From: Tepidisphaeraceae bacterium
GTDB lineage: Bacteria; Planctomycetota; Phycisphaerae; Tepidisphaerales; Tepidisphaeraceae
Assembly (NCBI GenBank): GCA_050018415.1
Contig: JBEKAB010000033.1
Coordinates: 1 to 45,012, forward strand
Direction: 5' to 3'
Length of the DNA: 45,012 nucleotides
The notes under the pieces were generated by a model that was not told the DNA's origin, searched no databases, and worked only from the letters and a program-made list of their open reading frames with translations. Position numbers and translations under genes: made by a program. Positions 35,299 to 43,838 of the stretch are shown here, piece by piece; within the stretch, counting starts at the first letter, position 1; each line of letters starts with the position of its first letter.

Positions 35299-36171
35299 CT
35301 AACCCGCCATCGCCGTGGGGGCCCCCTGCCGCAGCGCCGGATTGATGCTGACCATCACGGCCGGCAAATCCGCCGGCTGGCCGTCGCCCATCTCCGCCAC
35401 CTCCAGGGCCAGGGCACGGTAATCGAGCGCGCCGTGACTGTTGGGTTCGTACTGGAAAATCGTCTGGCCGAAGCTGGGGCTTTCGGCCAGCTTGATGTTG
35501 CGGCGGATGCGGCTGGTGAAAATGCGCGCCTCGGACCAGGGCAAATTCTTTCCCGCCGCCGCTTGAATGAAACCGTTCAGATCGGCCACCACCTCGTTGC
35601 AGAGTTTGGTTTGGGCGTCGAACATCGTCAACACGATGCCGCTGATGCGCAGCTTGGGATTGACCCGCCGGTGAACCAGGGCCACCGTTTCCAACAATTT
35701 TCCCACGCCCTGCAGGGCCAAGAAATGGGGCTGCATGGGCACAATCACCTCGCTGGCGACGCACAGGGCGTTGATCGTCAGCAATCCCAGGCTGGGCGGA
35801 CAGTCCAGCAGGATGAAATCGAAATCGTGTTGCGCGGCTTCCATGCGCCGCTTCAGGAGCGTTTCGCGGCCCAGCACGGCGGCCAGCTCCACCTCGGCGC
35901 CGGCCAGGTCAATACTGCTGGGCAAGAGCGCGATGTGATCGCTGATCTTGTGCACGGCTTCCAAAAACGTCCCCTCTTCCAGCAGGACGTGATAAATGCT
36001 GGTCAATTGCGGAGATGGATTAAGGCCGTAGTTGATGGTCAGATGGGCCTGAGGGTCGAGATCGACGAGGCAGACTCTTTTGCCCAGCTCGGCCAGGGCC
36101 GCTCCCAGATTCGCCGTCGTCGTCGTCTTTCCCACCCCACCCTTTTGGTTCATGAAAGCGATGATGCGCAT
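35299..36171 (-). CDS. ParA/Soj-family P-loop ATPase (orphan; no parB nearby)
   Basis: Deviant Walker A motif NQKGGVGKTTTTANLG with the signature lysine. Walker B motif FDFILLDCPPSLG. GGAGG Shine-Dalgarno site 7 nt upstream of ATG 36171. The 80-codon upstream extension in the ORF track was rejected. Confidence 0.85.
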   Translation of the reverse strand: MRIIAFMNQKGGVGKTTTTANLGAALAELGKRVCLVDLDPQAHLTINYGLNPSPQLTSIYHVLLEEGTFLEAVHKISDHIALLPSSIDLAGAEVELAAVLGRETLLKRRMEAAQHDFDFILLDCPPSLGLLTINALCVASEVIVPMQPHFLALQGVGKLLETVALVHRRVNPKLRISGIVLTMFDAQTKLCNEVVADLNGFIQAAAGKNLPWSEARIFTSRIRRNIKLAESPSFGQTIFQYEPNSHGALDYRALALEVAEMGDGQPADLPAVMVSINPALRQGAPTAMAG

Positions 36172-36285
36172 GGCGCTGCCTCCGTGCATGCGAGCCGCGT
36201 AACACCGGCCGGCCGGTCTGTTGCAAATTATCGGTCGCGGCGGCGGCAAAACAAGAGCCGGCGGGCTGTGGAAACGCACCAAAAC

Positions 36286-36320
36286 GAAGAAAGCTTCCGC
36301 CGTGGCAGGGAAGCTTTCTT
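36286..36320 (-). terminator. 12-bp perfect hairpin (AAGAAAGCTTCC / GGAAGCTTTCTT) with U-rich 3' side on the minus strand
   Basis: Minus-strand read: aagaaagcttcc-ctgccacggc-ggaagctttctt cgttttggtgcgtttcc. Lies between the 19-codon sORF and the parA-like gene. Confidence 0.55.
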
Positions 36321-36438
36321 CATTGATCCGGGCCTCTTGTTGGAGCCAAGGCCGCGGTCGGCATGTCGTTGATTCGGCGGCAAACAATTCGCCGGACTCT
36401 CTCTTGGGAGCCACGGGTCTCGGCGGCGCCGAATCGGC

Positions 36439-36498
36439 TTATCTCCTCTTGGTCGTCTTCTTCCTCTTCGACGACCTCTTGGCTTTCTTCTTTGCCAT
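36439..36498 (-). CDS. candidate small ORF encoding a 19-aa Lys/Arg-rich peptide (MAKKKAKRSSKRKKTTKRR)
   Basis: ATG preceded by a perfect Shine-Dalgarno site AAGGAGGTGAT with 6-nt spacing, which is exceptional in this GC-rich window. TAA stop. Followed by its own hairpin/U-tract. It is below the 60-aa cutoff of the ORF track. Function unknown. Confidence 0.4.
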   Translation of the reverse strand: MAKKKAKRSSKRKKTTKRR

Positions 36499-36683
36499 GG
36501 CGCTATCACCTCCTTTCTTGACAACCAACTGTAAGTCCGGAAAAGTTCCAGTCAATGCAAATTTAATTTTGCCCGCGCATTTTTTTCCGCGAGGCATCGT
36601 GGCGTCGCGCGAAAAAACTCGCGCGCTTGAGCGAGACGGCCGTCCGCGTAAGATCAGTTGATCAAGTTTTGCGAAAGGAACAC

Positions 36684-38264
36684 ATGCCCGCGTCCAAGCG
36701 TCCCTGCGTCATCATCGTCCGCGACGGCTGGGGAAAAAATCCGTATCCGCAGTGGAACCAGGCCAACGCCGTGTACCTGGCCAAGCACCCCGTCGCCGAC
36801 CGCATTATGCGCGATTATCCCACGACGCTGATCCACACCAGCGGCTTCGACGTCGGCCTGCCCGAGGGCACCATGGGCAACAGCGAAGTCGGCCACCAAA
36901 ACATCGGAGCCGGAAGAATCGTCGACCAGGAATCGGTCGCCATCACCAAGCAGATTCGCGGGGGTCAATTCTTCGCCAACCCGCAGCTCAACGCGGCCGT
37001 GGACCGCGCCGTCCAAAACCGCGCCAGCCTGCATCTGTTCGGCCTGGTTTCGGACGCGGGCGTGCACGGGCTTTTGGAGCATCTGTACGCCTGTTTGGAG
37101 CTGTGTCGCCGGCGCGGTTTGAAGCGAGTTTTCCTGCACGCTTTTACGGACGGCCGCGACACGCCGCCCAACAGCGGGTTGGGTTATATCCGGCAAATCG
37201 AGGCAAAAATGAAGGAGTTGGGCGTCGGCCGCATCGCCACCGTCAGCGGCCGATATTGGGCGATGGACCGCGACAACCGCTGGGCCCGCGTGGAAACGGC
37301 CTTTTCCGCCATCACCGCCGGCGCGGGAGCCAAATTCACCTCCGCCGAAGCCGCCGTGCAGAATTATTACGATCACCCGAGCGAGCATAGCATGGCCGGC
37401 GACGAGTTCGTCACGCCATCGGTCATTTGCGACGACGGAAAAACGCCGCGGGCGACCGTCGCCAACGGCGACTCGATTATCTTTTACAACTACCGCGGCG
37501 ACCGCCCGCGCGAACTCACCAAGGCGTTTGTCCTGCCCGATTTCAAAGGCTTTGATCGCGGGCCCAAGCTCGATCTGTTTTATTGCACGATGACCGCTTA
37601 CGAAAAGGGCCTGCCCGTGCACGTGGCCTATCCCAAACCGCCGAAGATGATCAACATCCTGGGCGAGTACGTCAGCGGCTTGGGACTTAAACAATTCCGC
37701 TGCGCGGAGACGGAGAAATTCCCGCACGTGACGTTCTTCTTCAACGATTACCGTGAAGAGCCGTTTGCCGGCGAGGACCGCCAGATCATCCCCTCGCCCA
37801 AGGATGTGAGCACCTACGATCAGAAGCCGCAGATGAGCGCGTACGGTGTCTGCGACGAAGTGGTCAAGCGCATCGACAGCGGCGCGTACGACCTGATCGT
37901 GGTGAATTTCGCCAACGGAGACATGGTCGGGCACACCGGCGTGCTGGCCGCGGCGGTCAAAGCCGTGGAGGTCGTGGATGAGTGCGTGGGGAAAATCCTC
38001 GAGGCGTTGGCCAAGTGCGACGGCGTGGCGATCGTCACCGCCGATCATGGCAACTGCGAGCAGATGATCGACCCGACCACCGGCGGCCCGCACACCGCGC
38101 ACACCACCTATGACGTGGAGTTGATCGTCGTGGACGACCGATACAAGGGGGTGAAACTGCTGGAAGGCGGCCGCCTGGCGGATGTGGCCCCCACGGCCCT
38201 GAAGCTCATGGGCCTGGCTCAACCGCCGGAAATGACCGGAAACAGCCTGATTTCGGCAAAATGA
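36684..38264 (+). CDS. gpmI: 2,3-bisphosphoglycerate-independent phosphoglycerate mutase
   Basis: Start MPASKRPCVIIVRDGWG. Carries the metalloenzyme motifs (DGRD, ADHGN) and is about 525 aa. A GAAAGGAA Shine-Dalgarno site lies upstream. The upstream 19 codons of the track ORF were rejected. Confidence 0.88.
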   Translation: MPASKRPCVIIVRDGWGKNPYPQWNQANAVYLAKHPVADRIMRDYPTTLIHTSGFDVGLPEGTMGNSEVGHQNIGAGRIVDQESVAITKQIRGGQFFANPQLNAAVDRAVQNRASLHLFGLVSDAGVHGLLEHLYACLELCRRRGLKRVFLHAFTDGRDTPPNSGLGYIRQIEAKMKELGVGRIATVSGRYWAMDRDNRWARVETAFSAITAGAGAKFTSAEAAVQNYYDHPSEHSMAGDEFVTPSVICDDGKTPRATVANGDSIIFYNYRGDRPRELTKAFVLPDFKGFDRGPKLDLFYCTMTAYEKGLPVHVAYPKPPKMINILGEYVSGLGLKQFRCAETEKFPHVTFFFNDYREEPFAGEDRQIIPSPKDVSTYDQKPQMSAYGVCDEVVKRIDSGAYDLIVVNFANGDMVGHTGVLAAAVKAVEVVDECVGKILEALAKCDGVAIVTADHGNCEQMIDPTTGGPHTAHTTYDVELIVVDDRYKGVKLLEGGRLADVAPTALKLMGLAQPPEMTGNSLISAK

Positions 38265-38366
38265 GGATAACTACCTGCCAATAAATGACTTATTGATTTC
38301 AGAGATTCCCCCGATTGCTCAGACCCGGTTTATTTCTATAATTCCGGTCCGTTAAAGGAATTGTTC

Positions 38367-38630
38367 ATGGCCCACATCATTGCCCAGCCCTGTATTGGCG
38401 TCAAAGATACGGCCTGCGTCGAGGTTTGCCCGGTGGACTGCATCCACCCGACGAAGGACGAATCGAATTTCGCCTCGGCCGAGCAGCTTTACATCGATCC
38501 CGAGACTTGCATTGACTGCGGCCTTTGCGTCGACGAGTGCCCGGTGACGGCGATTTTCCCGCAGGAAGACCTGCCGGCCGAATGGTCGGCCTTCATCCAG
38601 AAGAACACCGATTACTACAAGAAGAAGTAA
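38367..38630 (+). CDS. 7Fe-type ferredoxin (FdxA-like; [3Fe-4S][4Fe-4S])
   Basis: MAHIIAQPCIGVKDTACVEVCPVDCIH ... CIDCGLCVDECP cysteine pattern typical of Azotobacter-type ferredoxins. AAAGGAA Shine-Dalgarno site. Confidence 0.8.
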   Translation: MAHIIAQPCIGVKDTACVEVCPVDCIHPTKDESNFASAEQLYIDPETCIDCGLCVDECPVTAIFPQEDLPAEWSAFIQKNTDYYKKK

Positions 38631-38651
38631 ACCGCCCCAAGACAATTCTGC

Positions 38652-38682
38652 GCCCGGCCCCTTGAGGCCGGGCTTTTTCTTT
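38652..38682 (+). terminator. rho-independent terminator after the ferredoxin gene
   Basis: GCCCGGCC-ccttga-GGCCGGGC followed by TTTTTCTTT. Confidence 0.8.
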
Positions 38683-38702
38683 GGTCTACAATCTAACCTG
38701 AG

Positions 38703-40991
38703 ATGAGCCGGTTGGAACAAGCCAAGCTGACGGTCGAAGGCATGACCTGCGCAAGTTGCGTCGCCCACGTGCAGAAAGCGGCGGTTCGCGTACCTGGCGT
38801 CGAGGCCTGCCAGGTGAACCTGGCCACGGGTCGGGCGACGGTTCGCTTCGATCCCGCTCGAACCGCGGCGCCGGCCGTCGCCCAAGCCATCAGCGACTCC
38901 GGCTACCCGGCCTTTGTCCAATCAGATGGCGAGCATGACCACCATGACCATGGCGACCACAGCCGCCTGTGGCTGCGGCGGGCCGTCGTCGGAATCATTT
39001 TGTGGTTCCCGCTGGAACTGACGCATTGGCTGCTGCGCTTGACCTCCAGGCACGTTCATCCGCCCGGCGACGCGCGCGACTGGATGACCTGGGCCGCGTT
39101 GATCTTGTCCACGGCGGCGATCATTTACGTCGGCCGCGGATTTTATGTCAGCGCCTTCAAGGCCCTGCGCGCCCGTACCAGCAACATGGATACGCTAATC
39201 GCCCTGGGCGCAAGCGTGGCCTACGGCTACAGCCTTGTGGCGCTTTTGGGATTCTGGCTGGGAGCCTGGGGTTCTCCACAGGCGCTGTATTTCATGGAGT
39301 CGGCGGGCTTGCTGGCGCTGATCAGCCTGGGCCATTGGCTGGAAGCGCACGCCCGCCACGCCGCGGGAAACGCCATCCGCCAGTTGATGACCCTGGCCCC
39401 GCCCACCGTGTTGCGATTGGATGAGCAGAACCTTCCGCACGAAATCCCCGTGGACCAGGTGAACGTCGGTGACCAGATCCTGGTGCGTCCCGGCGACCGC
39501 GTGCCGGTGGACGGCGCGATCACCGCCGGACGATCCAGCGTGGATGAATCGATGCTCAGCGGCGAGCCGCTGCCGGTGACGCGAAGCGTCGGGGATGAAG
39601 TGGTGGGCGGAACGCTGAACATCGACGGCCGGCTGAGCGTCCGGGCCACGCGGGTCGGGCAGGAGACGGCGCTGGCCCAAATCGTGCGTCTGGTGGAGGA
39701 CGCACAAGAGGCCAAGCCGCCGATCCAGCACCTGGCCGATCGCGTTGCGGCGGTTTTCGTTCCCATCGTCCTGTGCATCGCCCTGGCCACCGCCGTCGGC
39801 TGGTACGCCTACGGCACGACACAGCATTGGAGCAGCGCCGGCACCTGGGCCGCCATCGCCAATGCCGCGTGCAGCGTCCTGATCATCGCCTGCCCCTGCG
39901 CGCTGGGACTGGCGCTGCCGGCGGCGCTCATGGTCGGCACGGGCATGGGCGCCCGCCGCGGAATTCTGATCCGGGACATCGACGCCCTGCAACATGCCGA
40001 GCGCGTCAACATGATCGTGCTGGATAAAACCGGCACGATCACGCAGGGCCGCCCCGCCGTGGAGGCGGTGGTTCCCGCCGACGAGTCGGCGGACACGGCC
40101 GGGTCCCCCTCCGCGCAGGGCCGGCTGTTGGAATTGGCCGCCACCGCCGAGCAGTTCAGCTCGCATCCGTTGGCCAAGGCCGTGGTGGCCCGGGCCCGCG
40201 GGATCGGCGCGGTCCTGGCTGAACCGCGCGCGTTTTCCAACGAGCCGGGTCTGGGCGTCGTCGCCGAACTGGACGATTCCACCCTGCTGGTCGGCAACCA
40301 GGCTCTGCTGGAAAAATTCGGATGGTCCGGCGATGCCTCACTACAAGCCGGCGGAGGCAAGGCCGACACCGTCGTTCACGTCGCCCAAAAGCGGGATGGT
40401 CAGGTGCGGCGGCTGGGTTACATCACGTTCACCGATCCGGTCAAAGACGAATCGGCCGCCGCCATCGCCCAGCTTCAACGGATGAAACTGCACACGATGT
40501 TGCTGACGGGCGATTCGCCGGCAGCGGCCCAAGCGGCGGCCCGGGCCGTGGGCATCACCAACGTTCGCGCCGCGGTTAAACCCTCCGAAAAAGCGCAAAT
40601 CATCCGCTTGCTGCAGTCGCCACAAGGGCGCGGCAAGATGGTGGTGGCCATGGTCGGCGACGGGATCAACGATGCGCCGGCCCTGGCGGCGGCGGACCTG
40701 GGCATCGCCATTGGCTCCGGCTCGGATGTGGCCAAGGAAACCGGTGGGATCGTCCTGGTCGGTGACAGCCTGCTGGGCGTCCCTGCGGCCATCAGACTCT
40801 CCCGCGCCACCATGCGGGTCATCCGCCAAAACCTCTTTTGGGCCTTCTTTTACAACCTCCTGGCCATTCCCTGGGCTGCGCTGGGAATGCTCAATCCCCT
40901 GTGGGCGGCGGCGGCCATGGCCCTGTCCGATCTCACCGTCCTCGGAAATGCCCTGCGTCTGCGGCGGGCCAAAATCGATGGCTCGGGCTAA
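38703..40991 (+). CDS. copA: copper-translocating P1B-type ATPase
   Basis: N-terminal HMA domain (GMTCASC). A His-rich segment (HDHHDHGDH). CPC motif in TM6 ([11 protein letters not shown]), DKTGTIT phosphorylation site, and GDGINDAP. Confidence 0.9.
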   Translation: MSRLEQAKLTVEGMTCASCVAHVQKAAVRVPGVEACQVNLATGRATVRFDPARTAAPAVAQAISDSGYPAFVQSDGEHDHHDHGDHSRLWLRRAVVGIILWFPLELTHWLLRLTSRHVHPPGDARDWMTWAALILSTAAIIYVGRGFYVSAFKALRARTSNMDTLIALGASVAYGYSLVALLGFWLGAWGSPQALYFMESAGLLALISLGHWLEAHARHAAGNAIRQLMTLAPPTVLRLDEQNLPHEIPVDQVNVGDQILVRPGDRVPVDGAITAGRSSVDESMLSGEPLPVTRSVGDEVVGGTLNIDGRLSVRATRVGQETALAQIVRLVEDAQEAKPPIQHLADRVAAVFVPIVLCIALATAVGWYAYGTTQHWSSAGTWAAIANAACSVLIIACPCALGLALPAALMVGTGMGARRGILIRDIDALQHAERVNMIVLDKTGTITQGRPAVEAVVPADESADTAGSPSAQGRLLELAATAEQFSSHPLAKAVVARARGIGAVLAEPRAFSNEPGLGVVAELDDSTLLVGNQALLEKFGWSGDASLQAGGGKADTVVHVAQKRDGQVRRLGYITFTDPVKDESAAAIAQLQRMKLHTMLLTGDSPAAAQAAARAVGITNVRAAVKPSEKAQIIRLLQSPQGRGKMVVAMVGDGINDAPALAAADLGIAIGSGSDVAKETGGIVLVGDSLLGVPAAIRLSRATMRVIRQNLFWAFFYNLLAIPWAALGMLNPLWAAAAMALSDLTVLGNALRLRRAKIDGSG

Positions 40992-41144
40992 ACCCATTTG
41001 TCTCTTGACGGCGCGTGCCCCGCTCGTTCCAATACCGCCACTTTGGACGGAATCGCTCCGTGTCTGGCCGCCCAATGAAGGCCGGCCCCGCGAACGTCGG
41101 CGCCGGTGGGTCTTTTTCATTCAAACTGTTTTTGGGTACCGCCT

Positions 41145-41546
41145 ATGAGCTCGCAAACCCTTCAAAACGGCATGGCCCAACGGGATGCCTCAGACCTCCT
41201 GGCCGCGCTGGGGGCCGACCGCAGTCCTCTTTGGCTCGATCTCCTTGAACTTCTTCCCGCGCCCGAGGCGGCCAAACGCAAGCCCCGTGAAGGACCCGAA
41301 GAAGGAAAAGAAGATAAGGAGAAGGAGCAAGAGGAGGAAGGTCCCGAAGAGGAGGAGGACGAAGAAGGCGATCTGGACGAAGAGGAGGAAGAAGAAATCG
41401 AGGAGGAGGAAGAAGCCTTCGGCGACGAAGAGGAAGAGGAGGAGGAGGAAGAAGAAGAGGAGGAGGACTTCGACAATCCCGACGACGAGGATGAGGACGA
41501 CGACTACGACGACGATGACGACGAGGAATTCGAGGAGGAGCATTAG
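41145..41546 (+). CDS. hypothetical extremely acidic protein (about 85-aa nearly pure Glu/Asp tract)
   Basis: About 45-aa ordinary N-terminus (MSSQTLQNGMAQRDASDLLAALGADRSPLWLDLLELLPAPEAAKRKPREG), followed by EEGKEDKEKEQEEEGPEEEEDEEGDLDEEEEEE... ending in H. The underlying DNA is a (GAR)n simple repeat. A terminator follows. Confidence 0.55.
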   Translation: MSSQTLQNGMAQRDASDLLAALGADRSPLWLDLLELLPAPEAAKRKPREGPEEGKEDKEKEQEEEGPEEEEDEEGDLDEEEEEEIEEEEEAFGDEEEEEEEEEEEEEDFDNPDDEDEDDDYDDDDDEEFEEEH

Positions 41547-41608
41547 CTCGCGTCGACTCGTCGCTTAGAGCATTTTTCAGTTCGAGATAGGGTTGAATAC
41601 GATTGGCA

Positions 41609-41639
41609 GCCTCGCATGCACGTGCGGGGCTTTTTTATT
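41609..41639 (+). terminator. rho-independent terminator after the acidic-protein gene
   Basis: GCCTCGCA-tgcacg-TGCGGGGC (one G-U pair) followed by TTTTTTATT. Confidence 0.75.
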
Positions 41640-41727
41640 GCGCTGGAGTCTTTTCGGCTTGGGCGGCTTTGACAGACCCAGAGGGCCGTCCGTATGATCC
41701 GGGCCAACCTCCGGGGAGGAGCGACAC

Positions 41728-42348
41728 ATGCTGCTCGCTGCGACAGCGGGCGTCAGCCCGCTTGGCTGGGCTTACTTGGTCTGTTTGCTGCTGGGATTGA
41801 CCTACGGGGCGATGGCCGGACTGTTCGGTCTCCTTGGCGGCCACCACGACTTCCACCACGGCTTCGATTCGCCCGGACACACCCCCTCCGAAGTCCAAGG
41901 CATGGGACACGAACCCGGCGCGGCCGATTCGGGCATCCACATGACCCCGATGAATCCCGTCGTCATCGCCATCTTCCTGGTCTCTTTCGGCGGGACGGGT
42001 CTGGCTTCCATGCAGTTGCTGGGATGGGGCGTGGCCAGCCTGGCCTTGTCCGCGCCCTCCGGATTTGTGATGGCCGCCGTGACGTTCGCCATCTTCAACA
42101 AGCTCTTCAGCATGACCCAAGGCTCCAGCGGACCCTCCGAGCAGGAAGTCATCGGCAAGGAAGCGGAAGTGATCACACCCATTCCTGAAAACGGACTGGG
42201 CGAGATCGCCTACACGCGGCGCGGGTCGCGCTTCACCGCCCCCGCGCGCGCCGAGTCGGGCGCGGCGGTCGCCAAGCAATCCATTGTCACGGTCACCCGG
42301 ATCGTCGGTCACACCTACTACATCAAAACCTCAAGAGGCCCCGCATGA
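41728..42348 (+). CDS. NfeD-like membrane protein (flotillin-associated, C-terminal OB-fold)
   Basis: N-terminal TM helices and a His-rich loop. The C-terminal region (ITPIPENGLGEIAYTRRGSRFTAPARAESGAAVAKQSIVTVTRIVGHTYYI) matches the NfeD short-form beta-barrel. GGGGAGGA Shine-Dalgarno site. Its stop overlaps the flotillin start (ATGA). Confidence 0.75.
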   Translation: MLLAATAGVSPLGWAYLVCLLLGLTYGAMAGLFGLLGGHHDFHHGFDSPGHTPSEVQGMGHEPGAADSGIHMTPMNPVVIAIFLVSFGGTGLASMQLLGWGVASLALSAPSGFVMAAVTFAIFNKLFSMTQGSSGPSEQEVIGKEAEVITPIPENGLGEIAYTRRGSRFTAPARAESGAAVAKQSIVTVTRIVGHTYYIKTSRGPA

Positions 42349-43829
42349 TCAACCTGATTGTCGCCGATGAGCCAATGCTTCCGGGCACATTCTGGCTGCC
42401 CCTGACCATCGGCGCGATCGTCTTTCTGCTCTTCGTGTTCCTGTGGCTCTATGCCCGCCGCTACGTCAAGGCGGGGCCCAACGAGGTGCTGGTGATTTCC
42501 GGCCGGCGCCGCAGCATGCGCGAGCCGGACGGCACCGTCACCACGGTCGGCTTCCGCATCATCAAGGGCGGCGGCGCATTCATCTGGCCCATCGTCGAAA
42601 AGTACGACATCCTCTCCCTGGAGATCATGACCATCGACGTGAAGACGCCGGAGGTCTACACGATCACCGGCGTGCCCGTGCTCGTCGACGGCGTGGCCCA
42701 GATCAAGGTCAAGGGCGACGACGTCTCCATCTCCACCGCGTCCGAGCAGTTCCTGTCGATGAAGCTGGAACAGATCATGAACATCGCCACGCAGACCCTG
42801 GAAGGGCACCTGCGCGCCATCGTGGGCACGCTGACGGTGGAGGAGATCTACAAGAACCGCGACGCCTTCGCCCAGCGGGTGCAGGAGGTGGCCGCCGCCG
42901 ACCTGGCCAACATGGGCTTGACCATCATCTCCTTCACCCTGCGCGACATCCGCGACAGTCAGGGCTACCTCGACGCCCTCGGCAAGCCGCGCACCGCCCA
43001 GGTCAAGCGCGACGCCATCATCGCCCAGGCCGAGGCCGACCGCGACTCCACCATCAAGAGCGCCCAGGCCAACCAGGCCGGGCAGGAAGCCAAGTTCGCC
43101 GCCGACGCCAAGGTCGCCGAGGCCAACCGCGATTACCAGATGAAGGTCGCCGATTACACCGCCGCCGTTAACCTCAAGAAGGCCGAAGCCGACCTCGCCT
43201 ACGACCTGCAGAAAAACAAGACCAACCAGTTGGTCAAGTCCGAGGAAATCCAGATCACCGTGGTCGAGAAGCAGAAGCAGATCGAAGTCCAGGAAAAGGA
43301 AATCCTCCGTCGGCAAAAAGAGCTGGAAGCCACCGTCAACCGGCCCGCCGACGCCGAGCGCTACCGCGTGCAGACGCTCGCCGAGGCCGAAAAATTCAAG
43401 CTTCAGACCGAAGCCACCGGCGAAGCCGAGGCCAAGCGCCAACTCGGCAAGGGCGAAGCCGACGCCAACAAGGCCCGCGGCCTGGCCGAGGCCGACGTCA
43501 TCCTCGCCCAAGGCACCTCCACCGCGCAAGCCATGCAGAAAAAGGCCGACGCCTGGCGCACCTACAACGAAGCCGCCGTGGTGCAGCTCTTTCTGGAACA
43601 CGCCCCCGAGATCGCCCGCGCCATCGCCGAGCCCTTGACCAAGACCGAAAAGATCATCGTCATCAGCTCCGGCGACGGCGCCGGCGCCAGCAAGGTGACC
43701 AAAGATGTCGCCAACGTCATGGCCCAACTCCCCGAAGTCGTCAAAGCCCTCTCCGGCCTCGATCTCAACGAGGCGTTGGGCAAGCTCCAGAAGCTCGGCG
43801 CCAACCCGCCGCCCGAGCAGAAGCAGTAG
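42345..43829 (+). CDS. flotillin / SPFH (band 7) domain protein (FloA/YqiK-like)
   Basis: N-terminal membrane anchor, SPFH domain, long Ala/Glu/Lys/Gln-rich coiled coil (AEADRDSTIKSAQANQAGQEAKFAADAKVAEA...) and a C-terminal flotillin tail. Confidence 0.85.
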   Translation: MINLIVADEPMLPGTFWLPLTIGAIVFLLFVFLWLYARRYVKAGPNEVLVISGRRRSMREPDGTVTTVGFRIIKGGGAFIWPIVEKYDILSLEIMTIDVKTPEVYTITGVPVLVDGVAQIKVKGDDVSISTASEQFLSMKLEQIMNIATQTLEGHLRAIVGTLTVEEIYKNRDAFAQRVQEVAAADLANMGLTIISFTLRDIRDSQGYLDALGKPRTAQVKRDAIIAQAEADRDSTIKSAQANQAGQEAKFAADAKVAEANRDYQMKVADYTAAVNLKKAEADLAYDLQKNKTNQLVKSEEIQITVVEKQKQIEVQEKEILRRQKELEATVNRPADAERYRVQTLAEAEKFKLQTEATGEAEAKRQLGKGEADANKARGLAEADVILAQGTSTAQAMQKKADAWRTYNEAAVVQLFLEHAPEIARAIAEPLTKTEKIIVISSGDGAGASKVTKDVANVMAQLPEVVKALSGLDLNEALGKLQKLGANPPPEQKQ

Positions 43830-43838
43830 CCACCGGCC

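Noticed and set aside
35299-36414. 80-codon N-terminal extension of the ParA-like ORF
   Set aside because: The internal ATG at 36171 has a GGAGG Shine-Dalgarno site, and the conserved ParA N-terminus (MRIIAF.NQKGGVGKTT) begins there. The upstream extension would read through the terminator hairpin.
36228-36524. 98-aa minus-strand ORF (MSRKEVIAPWQRRKPRGRRRGRRR...)
   Set aside because: No ribosome-binding site and an Arg-rich low-complexity product. It reads across the hairpin terminator. The 19-codon sORF in another frame has a perfect Shine-Dalgarno site and is preferred.
41080-41122. Putative terminator after copA (GC-rich region followed by TCTTTTTCATTC)
   Set aside because: A T-tract is present but I could not draw a convincing stem. 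Left as unsupported.
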